Assembly: GCA_963843845.1 (NCBI GenBank)
Contig: CAWJMB010000002.1
Span: forward strand, 2,880,001-2,944,000
Direction of reading: 5' to 3'
From: an uncultured Gemmatimonadaceae bacterium
GTDB lineage: Bacteria; Gemmatimonadota; Gemmatimonadetes; Gemmatimonadales; Gemmatimonadaceae
Length of the DNA stretch: 64,000 nucleotides
Position numbers and translations under genes: made by a program. The notes beneath the pieces were generated by a model that did not search any database, had not been told where the DNA came from, and worked only from the letters and a program-made list of their open reading frames with translations. Below are positions 44,179 through 53,405 of the stretch, in pieces. Position 1 is the stretch's first letter. Each line of letters starts with the position of its first letter.

Positions 44179-44231
44179 TGCGGGGATCGAGCGTCGGGAA
44201 CGCGTCAGGCGCCCGACCCCCGATCCCCGCA
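44179..44231. terminator. Hairpin between convergent genes
   Basis: TGCGGGGATCG pairs with CGATCCCCGCA, with inner GTCGGG/CCCGAC; no U-tract. Confidence 0.55.
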
Positions 44232-44233
44232 GT

Positions 44234-45172
44234 TCAGTGTACCGGCGCCCGCAGCGTCTTCAGGTTCGCCGCGACGATGAGCTTCAGCATCTCGCCGCAC
44301 GTCGCCGGGTCGAAGACGCGCGCCGTCGGGATGCGGATGCCAGGCACGGTGGCGTCGCCGATCCGCTGGCGCGCGCTGCGCGTCACGTAGACCGGCGCGT
44401 CGCCCGGGATGTCGCTCAGCGAGTCGCGCGCGAGCACGACCGTGCGCACGCGCGGCGCGTTGTGGCCGGCGGCCTCCTTCAGCGCCGGCTCGGTGCGCGC
44501 GTCGCTCAGGACGACATGGAGCGGCTGCGCCATCTGGAACACGTGCCAGAACGTGTCGACGTCGGGACGCAGCCCGCCGACGAGCACGTTCTTCTTCAGC
44601 GGGTCCATGACCGCGCGCAGCGGCTCGGCGAACAGCGGCTCGGTGACGACGAACTCGGTCGACGCGAGTTCGAGCGGCAGCGTGGGCACGTCGAGCACGT
44701 CTGGGGCGAACGGCACCGCGTCGACGCCGTAGCCCTCGCGCAGCTCGCCGCACAGCTCCTCGAGCTGATCGGCGGCGAGCGCGATGACGCCGACGCGCAG
44801 CCGACGCGTCGACATGCAGCGCCTGAACCACTCGCCGAAGCGGATGGCCGACACGCCGCGCTCGATTCCCGCGCTCAGCGTCTCGACGATCCACCCTTCG
44901 GCGACGACCGACGGGCCGCCGGTGATCGGGGTGCCGCCGATGACGTAGATGCCTGACCGGCGCCGGATGTCGACGATCCCTTCGCGTGCGAGGACGCGAT
45001 AGGCGGACAGCACGAGCCGCGGATCGACGTCGAACTCCGCGGCCAGGTCGCGGGCGCTCGGCAGACGATCGTTCCGATGGAGCGTGCCGGCGTTGACTCC
45101 GCCGAGCACACGCCGGCGCATGACCTCTGCGATCTCGCTCCGTCGGCCGCGTGGGGCGCTCTGCATGGGCAT
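44234..45172 (-). CDS. GntR family transcriptional regulator
   Basis: RLPSARDLAAEF.V....V..AY..L..EG....RRSG.YV winged HTH; unusual C-terminal domain. Confidence 0.85.
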   Translation of the reverse strand: MPMQSAPRGRRSEIAEVMRRRVLGGVNAGTLHRNDRLPSARDLAAEFDVDPRLVLSAYRVLAREGIVDIRRRSGIYVIGGTPITGGPSVVAEGWIVETLSAGIERGVSAIRFGEWFRRCMSTRRLRVGVIALAADQLEELCGELREGYGVDAVPFAPDVLDVPTLPLELASTEFVVTEPLFAEPLRAVMDPLKKNVLVGGLRPDVDTFWHVFQMAQPLHVVLSDARTEPALKEAAGHNAPRVRTVVLARDSLSDIPGDAPVYVTRSARQRIGDATVPGIRIPTARVFDPATCGEMLKLIVAANLKTLRAPVH

Positions 45173-45399
45173 GACTCTCTCCGCGGTGCGGGTGAAGCCA
45201 GGGGCGAGGGCGGCGGACCGATGGTCCGCCGCACCTGCGTCGGCCTGCGTGGGCCTGCGTGAAGCCGCCGTTGCACCCCTGCCGACGCAGGGTTCACCTC
45301 GTTCCGGTGCCGAGACGTTGGTGACACGATGCAACGAAACAGGCGGTTCCGCCATCGGAACCGCCTGTCTCCTCACGCGCGAGCCGGCCGCGAACGTGC

Positions 45400-46725
45400 T
45401 CAGCCTTGCGGCCGCCCCCCTCCCCCGCCGCGGCGGCTGCGACCGCGCGCCGGCGGGGCCGCGGCGCGAGACGCACTCGCGCCGACGAGCTGCTGCTTGC
45501 GCTCCGCCTTCTCCTTCGCGCGCTGGCGCTCCTCCGCCTTGCGCTTGCGGATCTCCGCGATGCGCTCGGCGATCGGCACTTCGAAGCGCTCGGCCGGCGC
45601 GGCGTTGTAGTCGAAGCCGGGGAGCGTGCGGCGCGGCAGGCGGCGGTTGATCGCCCGCTCGATCGCGCGCAGGTCGTTCTCTTCCTCGGGCGACACGAAC
45701 GTGATGGCATCGCCGGTCGCCTCGGCCCGCGCGGTGCGGCCGACGCGGTGGATGTAGTCCTCCGGCATGTGCGGCACGTCGAAGTTGACGACGTGGCTCA
45801 GCTCCTCGACGTCGATGCCGCGGGCGACGATGTCGGTCGCGACGAGCACCTGCACGCGCCCGCTCTTGAAGCCGTCGAGCGCCTGCGTGCGCTGCCCCTG
45901 CGAGCGGTTGCCGTGAATGCGCTCGCACGACACGCCGTGGCGCGTCAGGAAGTCGAACAGCCGGTTCGAGCGGTGCTTGGTGCGCGTGAAGACGATGACG
46001 TCCTTCACCTCGCCGCGGCGGATCAGCTCGAGGAAGAGCTGCGCCTTGAGCGTCTCGCGTACCGGGAAGAGCGTCTGCTCGACGCCGGTCGCCGGCGCCG
46101 ACTTCCGCTCCTGGTTGATCGCGACCGGATCGTGCAGCAGGTCGCGCGACAGCCGCGCGATCGGATCGGGCATGGTCGCCGAGAAGAGCATCGTCTGCTT
46201 CTTCGCGGGGAGCTGGGCGAGCACCCGCTTGATGTCGGGGAGGAAGCCCATGTCGAGCATCCGGTCCGCCTCGTCGAGCACGAGGATCTCGATGTTCTTG
46301 AGGCTCGCGTACGGCATGCGCAGGTGATCGAGCAGCCGCCCCGGCGTCGCGACGAGAATGTCGACGCCGCGGCGGAACGCCGCCTCCTGCGGCCCCATCC
46401 CGACCCCGCCGAAGATCGCCGCACCGCGCACCGGCGTGTGCACCGCGAGCGAACGCAGGTGCTCTTCGATCTGCGCCGCCAGCTCACGCGTCGGCGTGAG
46501 GATCAGCGCGCGCGTCGTGCCGCGCGGGCGGTCGGCGAGGCGCTGCACGATCGGAAGGAGGAACGCGGCCGTCTTCCCGCTCCCGGTCATCGCGCAGGCG
46601 ATCACGTCGCGGCCGTCGAGCGCCGGAGGGACCGCTTGCTGCTGAATCGGGGTCGGGGTGTCGAAGCCCATGTCCTGCACGCCGCGGAGCAGGGAGGGAA
46701 GGAGGCCGAAGCTGGAAAACGACAT
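45400..46725 (-). CDS. rhlE: DEAD-box RNA helicase (RhlE-like)
   Basis: TPIQ, TGSGKT, PTRELA, TPGRL, DEAD, SAT, ARGID and HRVGRTAR. Confidence 0.93.
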   Translation of the reverse strand: MSFSSFGLLPSLLRGVQDMGFDTPTPIQQQAVPPALDGRDVIACAMTGSGKTAAFLLPIVQRLADRPRGTTRALILTPTRELAAQIEEHLRSLAVHTPVRGAAIFGGVGMGPQEAAFRRGVDILVATPGRLLDHLRMPYASLKNIEILVLDEADRMLDMGFLPDIKRVLAQLPAKKQTMLFSATMPDPIARLSRDLLHDPVAINQERKSAPATGVEQTLFPVRETLKAQLFLELIRRGEVKDVIVFTRTKHRSNRLFDFLTRHGVSCERIHGNRSQGQRTQALDGFKSGRVQVLVATDIVARGIDVEELSHVVNFDVPHMPEDYIHRVGRTARAEATGDAITFVSPEEENDLRAIERAINRRLPRRTLPGFDYNAAPAERFEVPIAERIAEIRKRKAEERQRAKEKAERKQQLVGASASRAAAPPARGRSRRGGGGGRPQG

Positions 46726-46833
46726 CAGGTGGGATACAGGGTGACATACGAACGCGCGCCATCGGGAAGCCCGAGCGGCGCGCTGGTCCGTGAGGTAAAT
46801 CTAATGAACTCAATTACTTAGTTGCACCCCACC

Positions 46834-46956
46834 GTGCCAGAATCCGCGCCCGATCCCGTCGACCGCCCGCCGCCGCGTGGCTGCCACCCGCTCGTGTTCG
46901 GCATCGTGATGGCGACGATCCAGATGGGGGTGCTGCTCTATCTCATGCGCTGCTGA
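46834..46956 (+). CDS. Small single-TM protein (40 aa), below the ORF-track cutoff
   Basis: GTG...TGA encodes MPESAPDPVDRPPPRGCHPLVFGIVMATIQMGVLLYLMRC with typical codon usage; AT-rich region upstream. Confidence 0.6.
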   Translation: MPESAPDPVDRPPPRGCHPLVFGIVMATIQMGVLLYLMRC

Positions 46957-49088
46957 CCGCGCCCGGTGTGCAGGTCGACGCCGATGTACAGCGTGCGCGG
47001 CGCCCCGGGCTCGAAGTAGCGCGCGCCGGCGGCGTTCGCCGTCACCGACGTGACGTAGCGTGCGTCGAGCACATTCGTCACCCCGCCGAACGGCGCGACG
47101 CTGGCCCCCGCCACGCGCAACGCGCCGCTCGTCGCCCGCAGGTCGACGAGGGTGTAACCGGCGGACGAGAAGCGGTTCGCATCGTTCGCCGGCATCCGGT
47201 CCTGGGCGCGCAGGTCGGCGGCGATCAGCGCGCGGTTGCCCGCGAGTCGCCACAGCGCGCCGAAGTCGAAGCGGCGCGGCGCGACGCCGGGAATGCGGCG
47301 CCCGGCGTACGACGTGTCGCGCACGACGTACTCGGTGAAGCGCGCGTCGACGAGTGTGTAGGCGGCGCGCATCGTCACGTCGCGCACCGACGCCTCCGCC
47401 GCCGCCTCGACGCCGCGGTGACGCGCTCGGCCGGCGTTCCGATAGAACTGTCGTCCGGCGGCGCCGGGCACCTCGAACGGCACGAGCGCGTCGCGCACGC
47501 GCGTCGAGTACGCCGCGAGCTGCCACGTCGCGGCGCCGGCGGTGCCCAACGGCATGGCGCCTTTCGCGCCGACTTCGACGTTGCGCGCGCGCTGCGGGTC
47601 GAGCTCGGGGTTCAGCCCGCCGGCGCCGGTCGGGCGGTTCGCCAGCTCGGTCGTCGTCGGCGTCTCGAACGAGGTGCCGACGTTCGCGTACACGGTCGCC
47701 CGCCTCGACAGGGCGACGCTCGCGCCGAGCGACGGAGTCGCCGCGGTCAGTGTGCGCTCGCCCGAGTCGTCCGCGTTCGTCGGCGTGACGAACCGGTCGG
47801 CCGCGGCGAAGCGCGTGCGGTCGACGCGGATGCCGCCGAGCGCCGTCACCCGACCGATCGTCGCGTCGCTCTGCGCGAACAGCGCCGTGTTCGTCACGCG
47901 CTCGAGCTGATCGAGCGTGCGGGCGCCGCGGACGCCCTGCGCGTTCGCGTAGTTCTGCCGGTCGTCGCGCTGCCGCTGCGCTTCGCCGCCGAACGTCAGG
48001 CGCGCGGCGACGGGCCGCGGCAGCGCGACGACGCCCGCGGCATCGGACGTGCCCCCCGTGGTCGCGGTCCACGCCGCACGCACGCCGCCGGCGCGCCGGT
48101 CGAGCGCGACGATCGTCGTCGGGATCGGGTTCGTGAGGCGGCGGCGGAGCCCCCACGCCGACGCGTCGACCGTGCCGGTGCCTAACGCTCGGCGCCAGCG
48201 GAGTCCGAGCTGGGCGTGATCGCCGCGCTCTCCCGTCTGCTGCCGCACGTTGTTCGCGAACGCCATCGTGCGATCGACCCGGAGCAGCGAGTCGGTGAGC
48301 CCGCCCGGGTTGCGCGCGTCGTAGTCGACCCACGCGCCGCTCGCCCGCCACGCGCCGAGCCCACGCTCCGCGCCGCCCGCGTCGACGCGCCCGCCGACGC
48401 GCGTGCTGCGCTGGCGGCTCCACGCGCGGAACCCGTCATAGTCGACGCGCGACCCGTCGACGGTCCACCCGACGCTGCTCGCGCGTCCACCGATCGCCCC
48501 CTGCACGCGCGACAACCCGTTCCCGCCGCCCAACGCGCGCAGCGACAGGTCGATCGCCGAGTCGGGCGCAGGCCCACGGTCGAGCAGCACGACGCCGCCC
48601 GCCGCGTTGCCGTAGAGCGCCGACGCGGGCCCGCGCTCGACTTCGACGGTGCTCAGCGCGCCGAGGTCGACGTGGTTCAGCGTCGTCTGCCCGTCGGGCA
48701 TCGTCGCCGGGACGCCGTCCGCGATGACCTTCACGCCGCGCACGCCGAACTGCGTGCGCGCGCCGAAGCCGCGGATCGAGATGCGCTCGCCCAGCGCCGC
48801 GTTGAAGCGGTTGTCGGTCTGCACCCCGGGGATGCCGCGCAGCGCCTCGTCGGCGGCGAGCCCGGCGCGCGCCGTCTGCACCGCGTCGCGTCCGAGCGTC
48901 GTGACGGCGAACGGCGCGCGCACGACCGGGAGCGTCGTGCGCAGCACCGTCGTCACGACCGGCGCGAGGCGGGCGGCCCCGGCGCGGGCCGCGCTGTCGG
49001 CCCTGACGCTGTCCGCTCGGCTCTGCGCGCCCACGACGCAGGGCGCCGCGAGCGCGAGCCACGCCGCCGCCACGGTCCGCCGCGTCAT
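46938..49088 (-). CDS. TonB-dependent receptor
   Basis: Signal peptide; plug motifs ISIRGFG, DGVP and VEVERGPASALYGNAAGGV; barrel ending NVLDARY...PGAPRT. Confidence 0.93.
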   Translation of the reverse strand: MTRRTVAAAWLALAAPCVVGAQSRADSVRADSAARAGAARLAPVVTTVLRTTLPVVRAPFAVTTLGRDAVQTARAGLAADEALRGIPGVQTDNRFNAALGERISIRGFGARTQFGVRGVKVIADGVPATMPDGQTTLNHVDLGALSTVEVERGPASALYGNAAGGVVLLDRGPAPDSAIDLSLRALGGGNGLSRVQGAIGGRASSVGWTVDGSRVDYDGFRAWSRQRSTRVGGRVDAGGAERGLGAWRASGAWVDYDARNPGGLTDSLLRVDRTMAFANNVRQQTGERGDHAQLGLRWRRALGTGTVDASAWGLRRRLTNPIPTTIVALDRRAGGVRAAWTATTGGTSDAAGVVALPRPVAARLTFGGEAQRQRDDRQNYANAQGVRGARTLDQLERVTNTALFAQSDATIGRVTALGGIRVDRTRFAAADRFVTPTNADDSGERTLTAATPSLGASVALSRRATVYANVGTSFETPTTTELANRPTGAGGLNPELDPQRARNVEVGAKGAMPLGTAGAATWQLAAYSTRVRDALVPFEVPGAAGRQFYRNAGRARHRGVEAAAEASVRDVTMRAAYTLVDARFTEYVVRDTSYAGRRIPGVAPRRFDFGALWRLAGNRALIAADLRAQDRMPANDANRFSSAGYTLVDLRATSGALRVAGASVAPFGGVTNVLDARYVTSVTANAAGARYFEPGAPRTLYIGVDLHTGRGQQRMR

Positions 49089-49528
49089 CCGACGCGCCCG
49101 AGTCGTTGCAGCCGACGCCAGTCGAGCCACACGAGCAGCGCGCACAGCGTGATCGTCACCGCCGAGACGGCGCACCATGGACAGAACCCGCGCAGGATGA
49201 TGAACTCCGCGTACTTGAGGCGCACGGTGAACGCGAGCGCCGGGAAGATGAGGGCGGTGAGCGCGAACGTCGGCCACCGCGCGTCCTCCCACCGCGGAGT
49301 GGTGCCCAACAACGCGACGACGAACAGTGCGGCGTATCCGATGGCTCCGATCAGCGCGACGTCGACGCCGAGGAACCAGCCGTAGCGGCTTCCCTGGACG
49401 TACTCGCAGCCGCGCGACCCGCCCGTGCAGGCGAGCGTGCCGGCGAGGCCCAGCTTCCACAGATGGAGGTAGAGCGCGACGAGCCCCGAGACGAGGCTGC
49501 CGAGCGCGATCGACATGCGGTAGATCAT
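49085..49528 (-). CDS. Vitamin K epoxide reductase family protein
   Basis: C-x6-C loop pair, S.Y, G and CPWC active site. Confidence 0.92.
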   Translation of the reverse strand: MIYRMSIALGSLVSGLVALYLHLWKLGLAGTLACTGGSRGCEYVQGSRYGWFLGVDVALIGAIGYAALFVVALLGTTPRWEDARWPTFALTALIFPALAFTVRLKYAEFIILRGFCPWCAVSAVTITLCALLVWLDWRRLQRLGRVG

Positions 49529-50454
49529 GGCCGAAGGTTACCCGCCTGCCGCGCGTCCCACCACGACTTCACCGCCGCACCGAGCACGATGACCGAGCCA
49601 CCGGCGAGCGCGAGCGAGGACGGTCGCTCGCGCTGTACGAGCCACGCCCAGAGCGGATTCAGCGCCGGCTCGACGAGCAGGATCGTCGACGCCTCGAGCG
49701 CCGGGACGTGCGGCATCGCGGCGGTCATGAGCAGGTACGCGAACCCGATCTGCACGGCGCCGAGGTAGAGCAGCGCGAGCAGATCGGACGGCGCGACGTG
49801 CGCGATCGGCAGCGCGAGCGGGAGCGTGGCGAGGCAGCAGATCACGTTCCCCGCGACGAGCACGACGACGCCGTCGCCACCGTCGCCACCGTCGCCACCG
49901 TCGCCACCGTCGCTCCGGCCGCGCTCGCGGCCGTCGCGCGGATCGTTCGCGCGCCCGAGCCACCGCAGGCCGAGCACGACGGCCGCGTAGCAGGCGCCGC
50001 TCACGGCGGCGAGCAGATTCCCGCGCGCCGGATCGGGCGCCGTCACCTGCGGCGGTTCGGCGCCGACGAAGAACAGGAGCATGCCGGCGGCGATGACGCC
50101 CATGAACGCGACGTCGGCCGCGGTCACGCGCTCGCCCAACAGGAGCGGGCCGGCGAGCAGCACCCACAGCGGCGCCGTCGCCTGGAGGAAGATCGCGTTC
50201 GCTGCCGTCGTCAGCTTCGTCGCCGTCACGAACAGCACCATCGTCGCCGCGAACGCGACGCTGATGAGCAGCACGCGCGGCGTCCACCGGCGGCGCGAGG
50301 CGGGCACGAGCGCCAGCACCGCGAGCGCCGCGACGGCCGAGCGCAGACACGACAGTTGCCACGCCGAGAGCGAGACCGCTTTGATGGCCGCGCCGCCCGT
50401 CGAGAACAGCACCGCCGTTCCCACGAGGCGCAGCCGCGCGCCGAGTCGCGTCAT
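49525..50454 (-). CDS. EamA/DMT family transporter
   Basis: About 10 TM segments in two repeats; AIFLQATAP, LLGER and EPALNPLW..LV..ERP. Confidence 0.9.
   Translation of the reverse strand: MTRLGARLRLVGTAVLFSTGGAAIKAVSLSAWQLSCLRSAVAALAVLALVPASRRRWTPRVLLISVAFAATMVLFVTATKLTTAANAIFLQATAPLWVLLAGPLLLGERVTAADVAFMGVIAAGMLLFFVGAEPPQVTAPDPARGNLLAAVSGACYAAVVLGLRWLGRANDPRDGRERGRSDGGDGGDGGDGGDGVVVLVAGNVICCLATLPLALPIAHVAPSDLLALLYLGAVQIGFAYLLMTAAMPHVPALEASTILLVEPALNPLWAWLVQRERPSSLALAGGSVIVLGAAVKSWWDARQAGNLRP
49871..49913. repeat. In-frame 9-bp tandem repeat CCGTCGCCA x4.8 (DGG repeats in an EamA loop)
   Basis: Read directly from the sequence. Confidence 0.9.
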
Positions 50455-50464
50455 CGAAGCCGCG

Positions 50465-50497
50465 TCATGCGAGTGCGGTGTTGGCGGGGCAGCACAT
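50465..50497 (-). other. Candidate leaderless leader peptide MCCPANTALA
   Basis: ATG TGC TGC...TGA lies 8 nt downstream of TAGCTT (50506-50511). Its stop overlaps a second mini-ORF (MTRLR), whose stop overlaps the EamA ATG. Confidence 0.4.
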
Positions 50498-50539
50498 GAG
50501 CGCGCAAGCTAGCGACCGGCGCACCCCGAAGAAAAACCG

Positions 50540-50568
50540 TTGACACGCCCACGAGCGTGCCCTATCGT
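50540..50568 (+). promoter_or_regulatory. Sigma70-type promoter TTGACA-N17-TATCGT, leaderless
   Basis: Perfect -35, 17-bp spacer, A-tract upstream, ATG 8 nt after the -10. Confidence 0.8.
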
Positions 50569-50576
50569 CGACCGCA

Positions 50577-51473
50577 ATGCCGCTTCACGACGCGATCCGC
50601 ACGACGCCACCGCGACGCCCCACCGCCGCCGCGCTCGCGACGTTCGCGGCCGCGGCGCTCGCGGAGACCGAGCTGCCCGACGGCGAGGTGCCGGACGCGG
50701 TGCCGCACTCGCTCGTCGAGCTCCTCGAGCGGATCGTCGCCGCGATCGACGACGACCCGCTCGGGCGGCGGCTACGGCTGTCGCTGCTGACGACCGTGCA
50801 GACGGCGGCGGCGGAAGCGGGGCGCTCGCTGCCGATCGGCGTGCACGAACTGCGGGCGCGCGTGCTGCGCGGGTCGGTCGCGTGGGTCGGCAGTGGCGCG
50901 ACGATCGTCGACGACGATCCGGCGGCGGCGACGCGCGAGGCGTTGAGCGCGGTGGCCTCGGCGATCCGGGTCGTGCAGCGACAGCACGCGTCGGTCGGGG
51001 GGTATGACGACCTGTTCGCGCCGTTGCACGACGAGGCGCTGAGCGTGATGCTGCGCCGCGCGGCCGCTGCGGTGCGCGGCGTCGCGTTGGGCGGCACGAG
51101 TGGCTGCGTCGTGACGCCGCCGATCTACGGAAGGCATCTCGTGTTGTGCGACGCCGAGTCGACCGGGGACAGCCGACGACTCGCGTTGCGCCGCGCGCTG
51201 GCGCACATCGCCTGCGGCCACGTCGGCGAGCACGCCGCGCTCCCCTTTCCCGAGCCGCCGCCGGCCGCGCGCGCGGCCGACCTGTTCGCGCTCGCCGACC
51301 TCGTTCCCTTCTGGCAGATCCACGAGTGGCGGCGCGGCGCGCGACTCGGGTGGCGGCGCGTCATGCAGGAAGTCGCGGCCCATGCGGCCGCGCTCGCCGG
51401 CGACTGGGACGCCGCGCGCGCCGACGAGGCGGGGCGGCTGCGCGTGCTGCTGTATCGAGAGCACGGACTCTAG
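50577..51473 (+). CDS. Hypothetical protein with degenerate ImmA/IrrE-like segment
   Basis: SRRLALRRALAHIACGH...ADLFA resembles RxRFTLAHELGHxxxGH...ExxAxxFA. Confidence 0.6.
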   Translation: MPLHDAIRTTPPRRPTAAALATFAAAALAETELPDGEVPDAVPHSLVELLERIVAAIDDDPLGRRLRLSLLTTVQTAAAEAGRSLPIGVHELRARVLRGSVAWVGSGATIVDDDPAAATREALSAVASAIRVVQRQHASVGGYDDLFAPLHDEALSVMLRRAAAAVRGVALGGTSGCVVTPPIYGRHLVLCDAESTGDSRRLALRRALAHIACGHVGEHAALPFPEPPPAARAADLFALADLVPFWQIHEWRRGARLGWRRVMQEVAAHAAALAGDWDAARADEAGRLRVLLYREHGL

Positions 51474-51692
51474 AGGCGCGACCGCAGTCGAGCCGGCGCC
51501 CCGACGCGTCGATCCGCTGCTTGCTTGCTCTCGCGGAAGCGGTTCGTACGCTTCGTCCCAGCGCAAGGGTAAATCGTCGGCGCCCGGTTGCTTGAATCAC
51601 GTTCGCCAACGATCTTGCCGCGTCGCGGCGTGTGGTCGTCGTCGAATCGCCGCCGTCGCTGCCTCTCCTGCCTTTCCCCGCCTTGAGCCGTC

Positions 51693-52250
51693 GTGAGCTC
51701 TCCCCTGCCACCTGAACCGTCGGGCGACGCGTCAGTCGCCAACCCGGCCGACATCGTTCGGCATCGGACCGAGCGTGACGCGCAGGGCCGCGTGTGGCGG
51801 TTCGTCTACGATCCGGCGGCGCAGGACCCGATCGCTCCCAGCGGCTTCGTCCGACTGCGCTGCACGACGGGAACGGCGCGCGCGGTGCTCGTCGTGCGCG
51901 CCGACTGGCTCGGATGGCCCCGCCAGACGCTGCTCGACGAGCTCGCGGCGGCGCTCCAGCTCCAGCGCGGCAACGGCCACGCGGCAGCGGTCACCGCGGG
52001 TCGCACCCAGCCGATCCCCGAGCGGCAGATCGCTCGTCGCCGCCTCGTGAAGGACGTGCGCGGCACGTCGTGGAACTGCGTCTACGATCCGGCGACCCCG
52101 ACGCAGCCGGCCGACGAATCGCTCGTCGTCGTGCGCTGCGCGGCCGGGCGCGACCGACTCGAGCTCGTGCTCGAGGCGACGTGGCACCGCCTCGGCGACA
52201 AGCAGCTCGCGGCGCTCATCATGCAGGCGATCGAGGCGCGGAAGCGCTGA
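51693..52250 (+). CDS. Hypothetical protein with an internally duplicated domain of about 75 aa
   Basis: RDAQGRVWRFVYDP..VRLRC..W..L and KDVRGTSWNCVYDP..VVVRC..W..L. Confidence 0.75.
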   Translation: MSSPLPPEPSGDASVANPADIVRHRTERDAQGRVWRFVYDPAAQDPIAPSGFVRLRCTTGTARAVLVVRADWLGWPRQTLLDELAAALQLQRGNGHAAAVTAGRTQPIPERQIARRRLVKDVRGTSWNCVYDPATPTQPADESLVVVRCAAGRDRLELVLEATWHRLGDKQLAALIMQAIEARKR

Positions 52251-52274
52251 CCGCGTGCCGACCGGCGGAGCGGC

Positions 52275-53405
52275 CTAGGGCTTCGCCGCCGGCACGGCGC
52301 GCACCTTCGCCCCGTCGACGACGTCGTCGGTCGGATTGACGACCACCGTCGCGCCCTCGGCGAGCCCCGAGAGGACCTCGATGTCGGTGCCGAGGTCGCG
52401 ACCGAGCTCGACCTTCACGAAGCGCACGACGCCATCGCGCACGACGGCGACCTGCGGGCCGGCGGTCCGGACGATGAGCGCGTTCGCGGGGAGCATGATG
52501 CGCTCGCCGACCGAACGCACCGCGAGCTTCACCTGCGCGTACATGCCGGGGAGCAGCGCGCCGCTCGCGTTCGGCACCTGCACTTCGGTCAGCATCGTGC
52601 GCGTCGCGGCGTCGAGCGCGCCGGCCGACCGAACGACGCGCCCCGTCACCGCCGTCCCCGACCCGCGCACCGTCACCGACGCCTCGGCGCCGGCGTGCAC
52701 CTGCGCCGCGGCCGTCTCGGGCACGTTGATCATCACACGCCCGGTGTCGGCCTGCGCGAGCACGAACAGCGGGCGCGCGGCCGGCGACGGACTCACGAGC
52801 TGCCCGACGTCGACGTTGCGCGCCGTGACCGTGCCCGCGAACGGCGCGACGACTCGCCCGAAGCTCTGGAGCTGCTGCAGCCGTCGCGCGTTCGCCTCGG
52901 ACGCGGCGACCGTGGCCGACGCGGCGGTGTACGCGGCGCGCCGCTCGTCGAGCTCCTGACGCGTCGCGGCGCTGTCCTTCACCATCGCCTCCCACCGCGC
53001 GAGCGACGTCTGCGCGAGCAGCTGCGCGGCGCGCACCTGGCCGAGTGCGGCGCGCGCCTGCGCGAGCTCCTGATCGATCTCCGGCGTCTCGATCTCGGCG
53101 AGCAACTGGCCGGCGCGGACGCGTGTGCCGATGTCGGCGAGGTAGCGGCGCACGTAGCCGGTGCTCCGCGCGTAGAGCGCCGCCTCGCGCATCGGCTCGA
53201 CCGTCCCCGGCAGCGTGATGTCGGACACTGGCTTCGCCGTCCCGATCGTGACGACGGTGACCGCCGGCGGCGCGTTGGCCGCCGTCGTGCGCGCCTCGAG
53301 CTCCTGCTTGCGGCGCACGCGCGGCACGATGCCGATCGCGAGCAGCGCGGCGAACAGCAGCACCACGCCGACGGCGAGCGTGCGGCCGCGAGCGCGCGCG
53401 GTCAT
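52275..53405 (-). CDS. RND efflux periplasmic adaptor subunit
   Basis: ARSTGY..DIG..V.AGQLLA, APFAGTV..RNV..G, LLPGMY and V.LG...EVLSGL. Confidence 0.93.
   Translation of the reverse strand: MTARARGRTLAVGVVLLFAALLAIGIVPRVRRKQELEARTTAANAPPAVTVVTIGTAKPVSDITLPGTVEPMREAALYARSTGYVRRYLADIGTRVRAGQLLAEIETPEIDQELAQARAALGQVRAAQLLAQTSLARWEAMVKDSAATRQELDERRAAYTAASATVAASEANARRLQQLQSFGRVVAPFAGTVTARNVDVGQLVSPSPAARPLFVLAQADTGRVMINVPETAAAQVHAGAEASVTVRGSGTAVTGRVVRSAGALDAATRTMLTEVQVPNASGALLPGMYAQVKLAVRSVGERIMLPANALIVRTAGPQVAVVRDGVVRFVKVELGRDLGTDIEVLSGLAEGATVVVNPTDDVVDGAKVRAVPAAKP

Noticed and set aside
38545..49913. Short tandem repeats as CRISPR or phase-variation loci
   Set aside because: Units are 9 and 12 bp, in frame and without spacers; no cas genes present.
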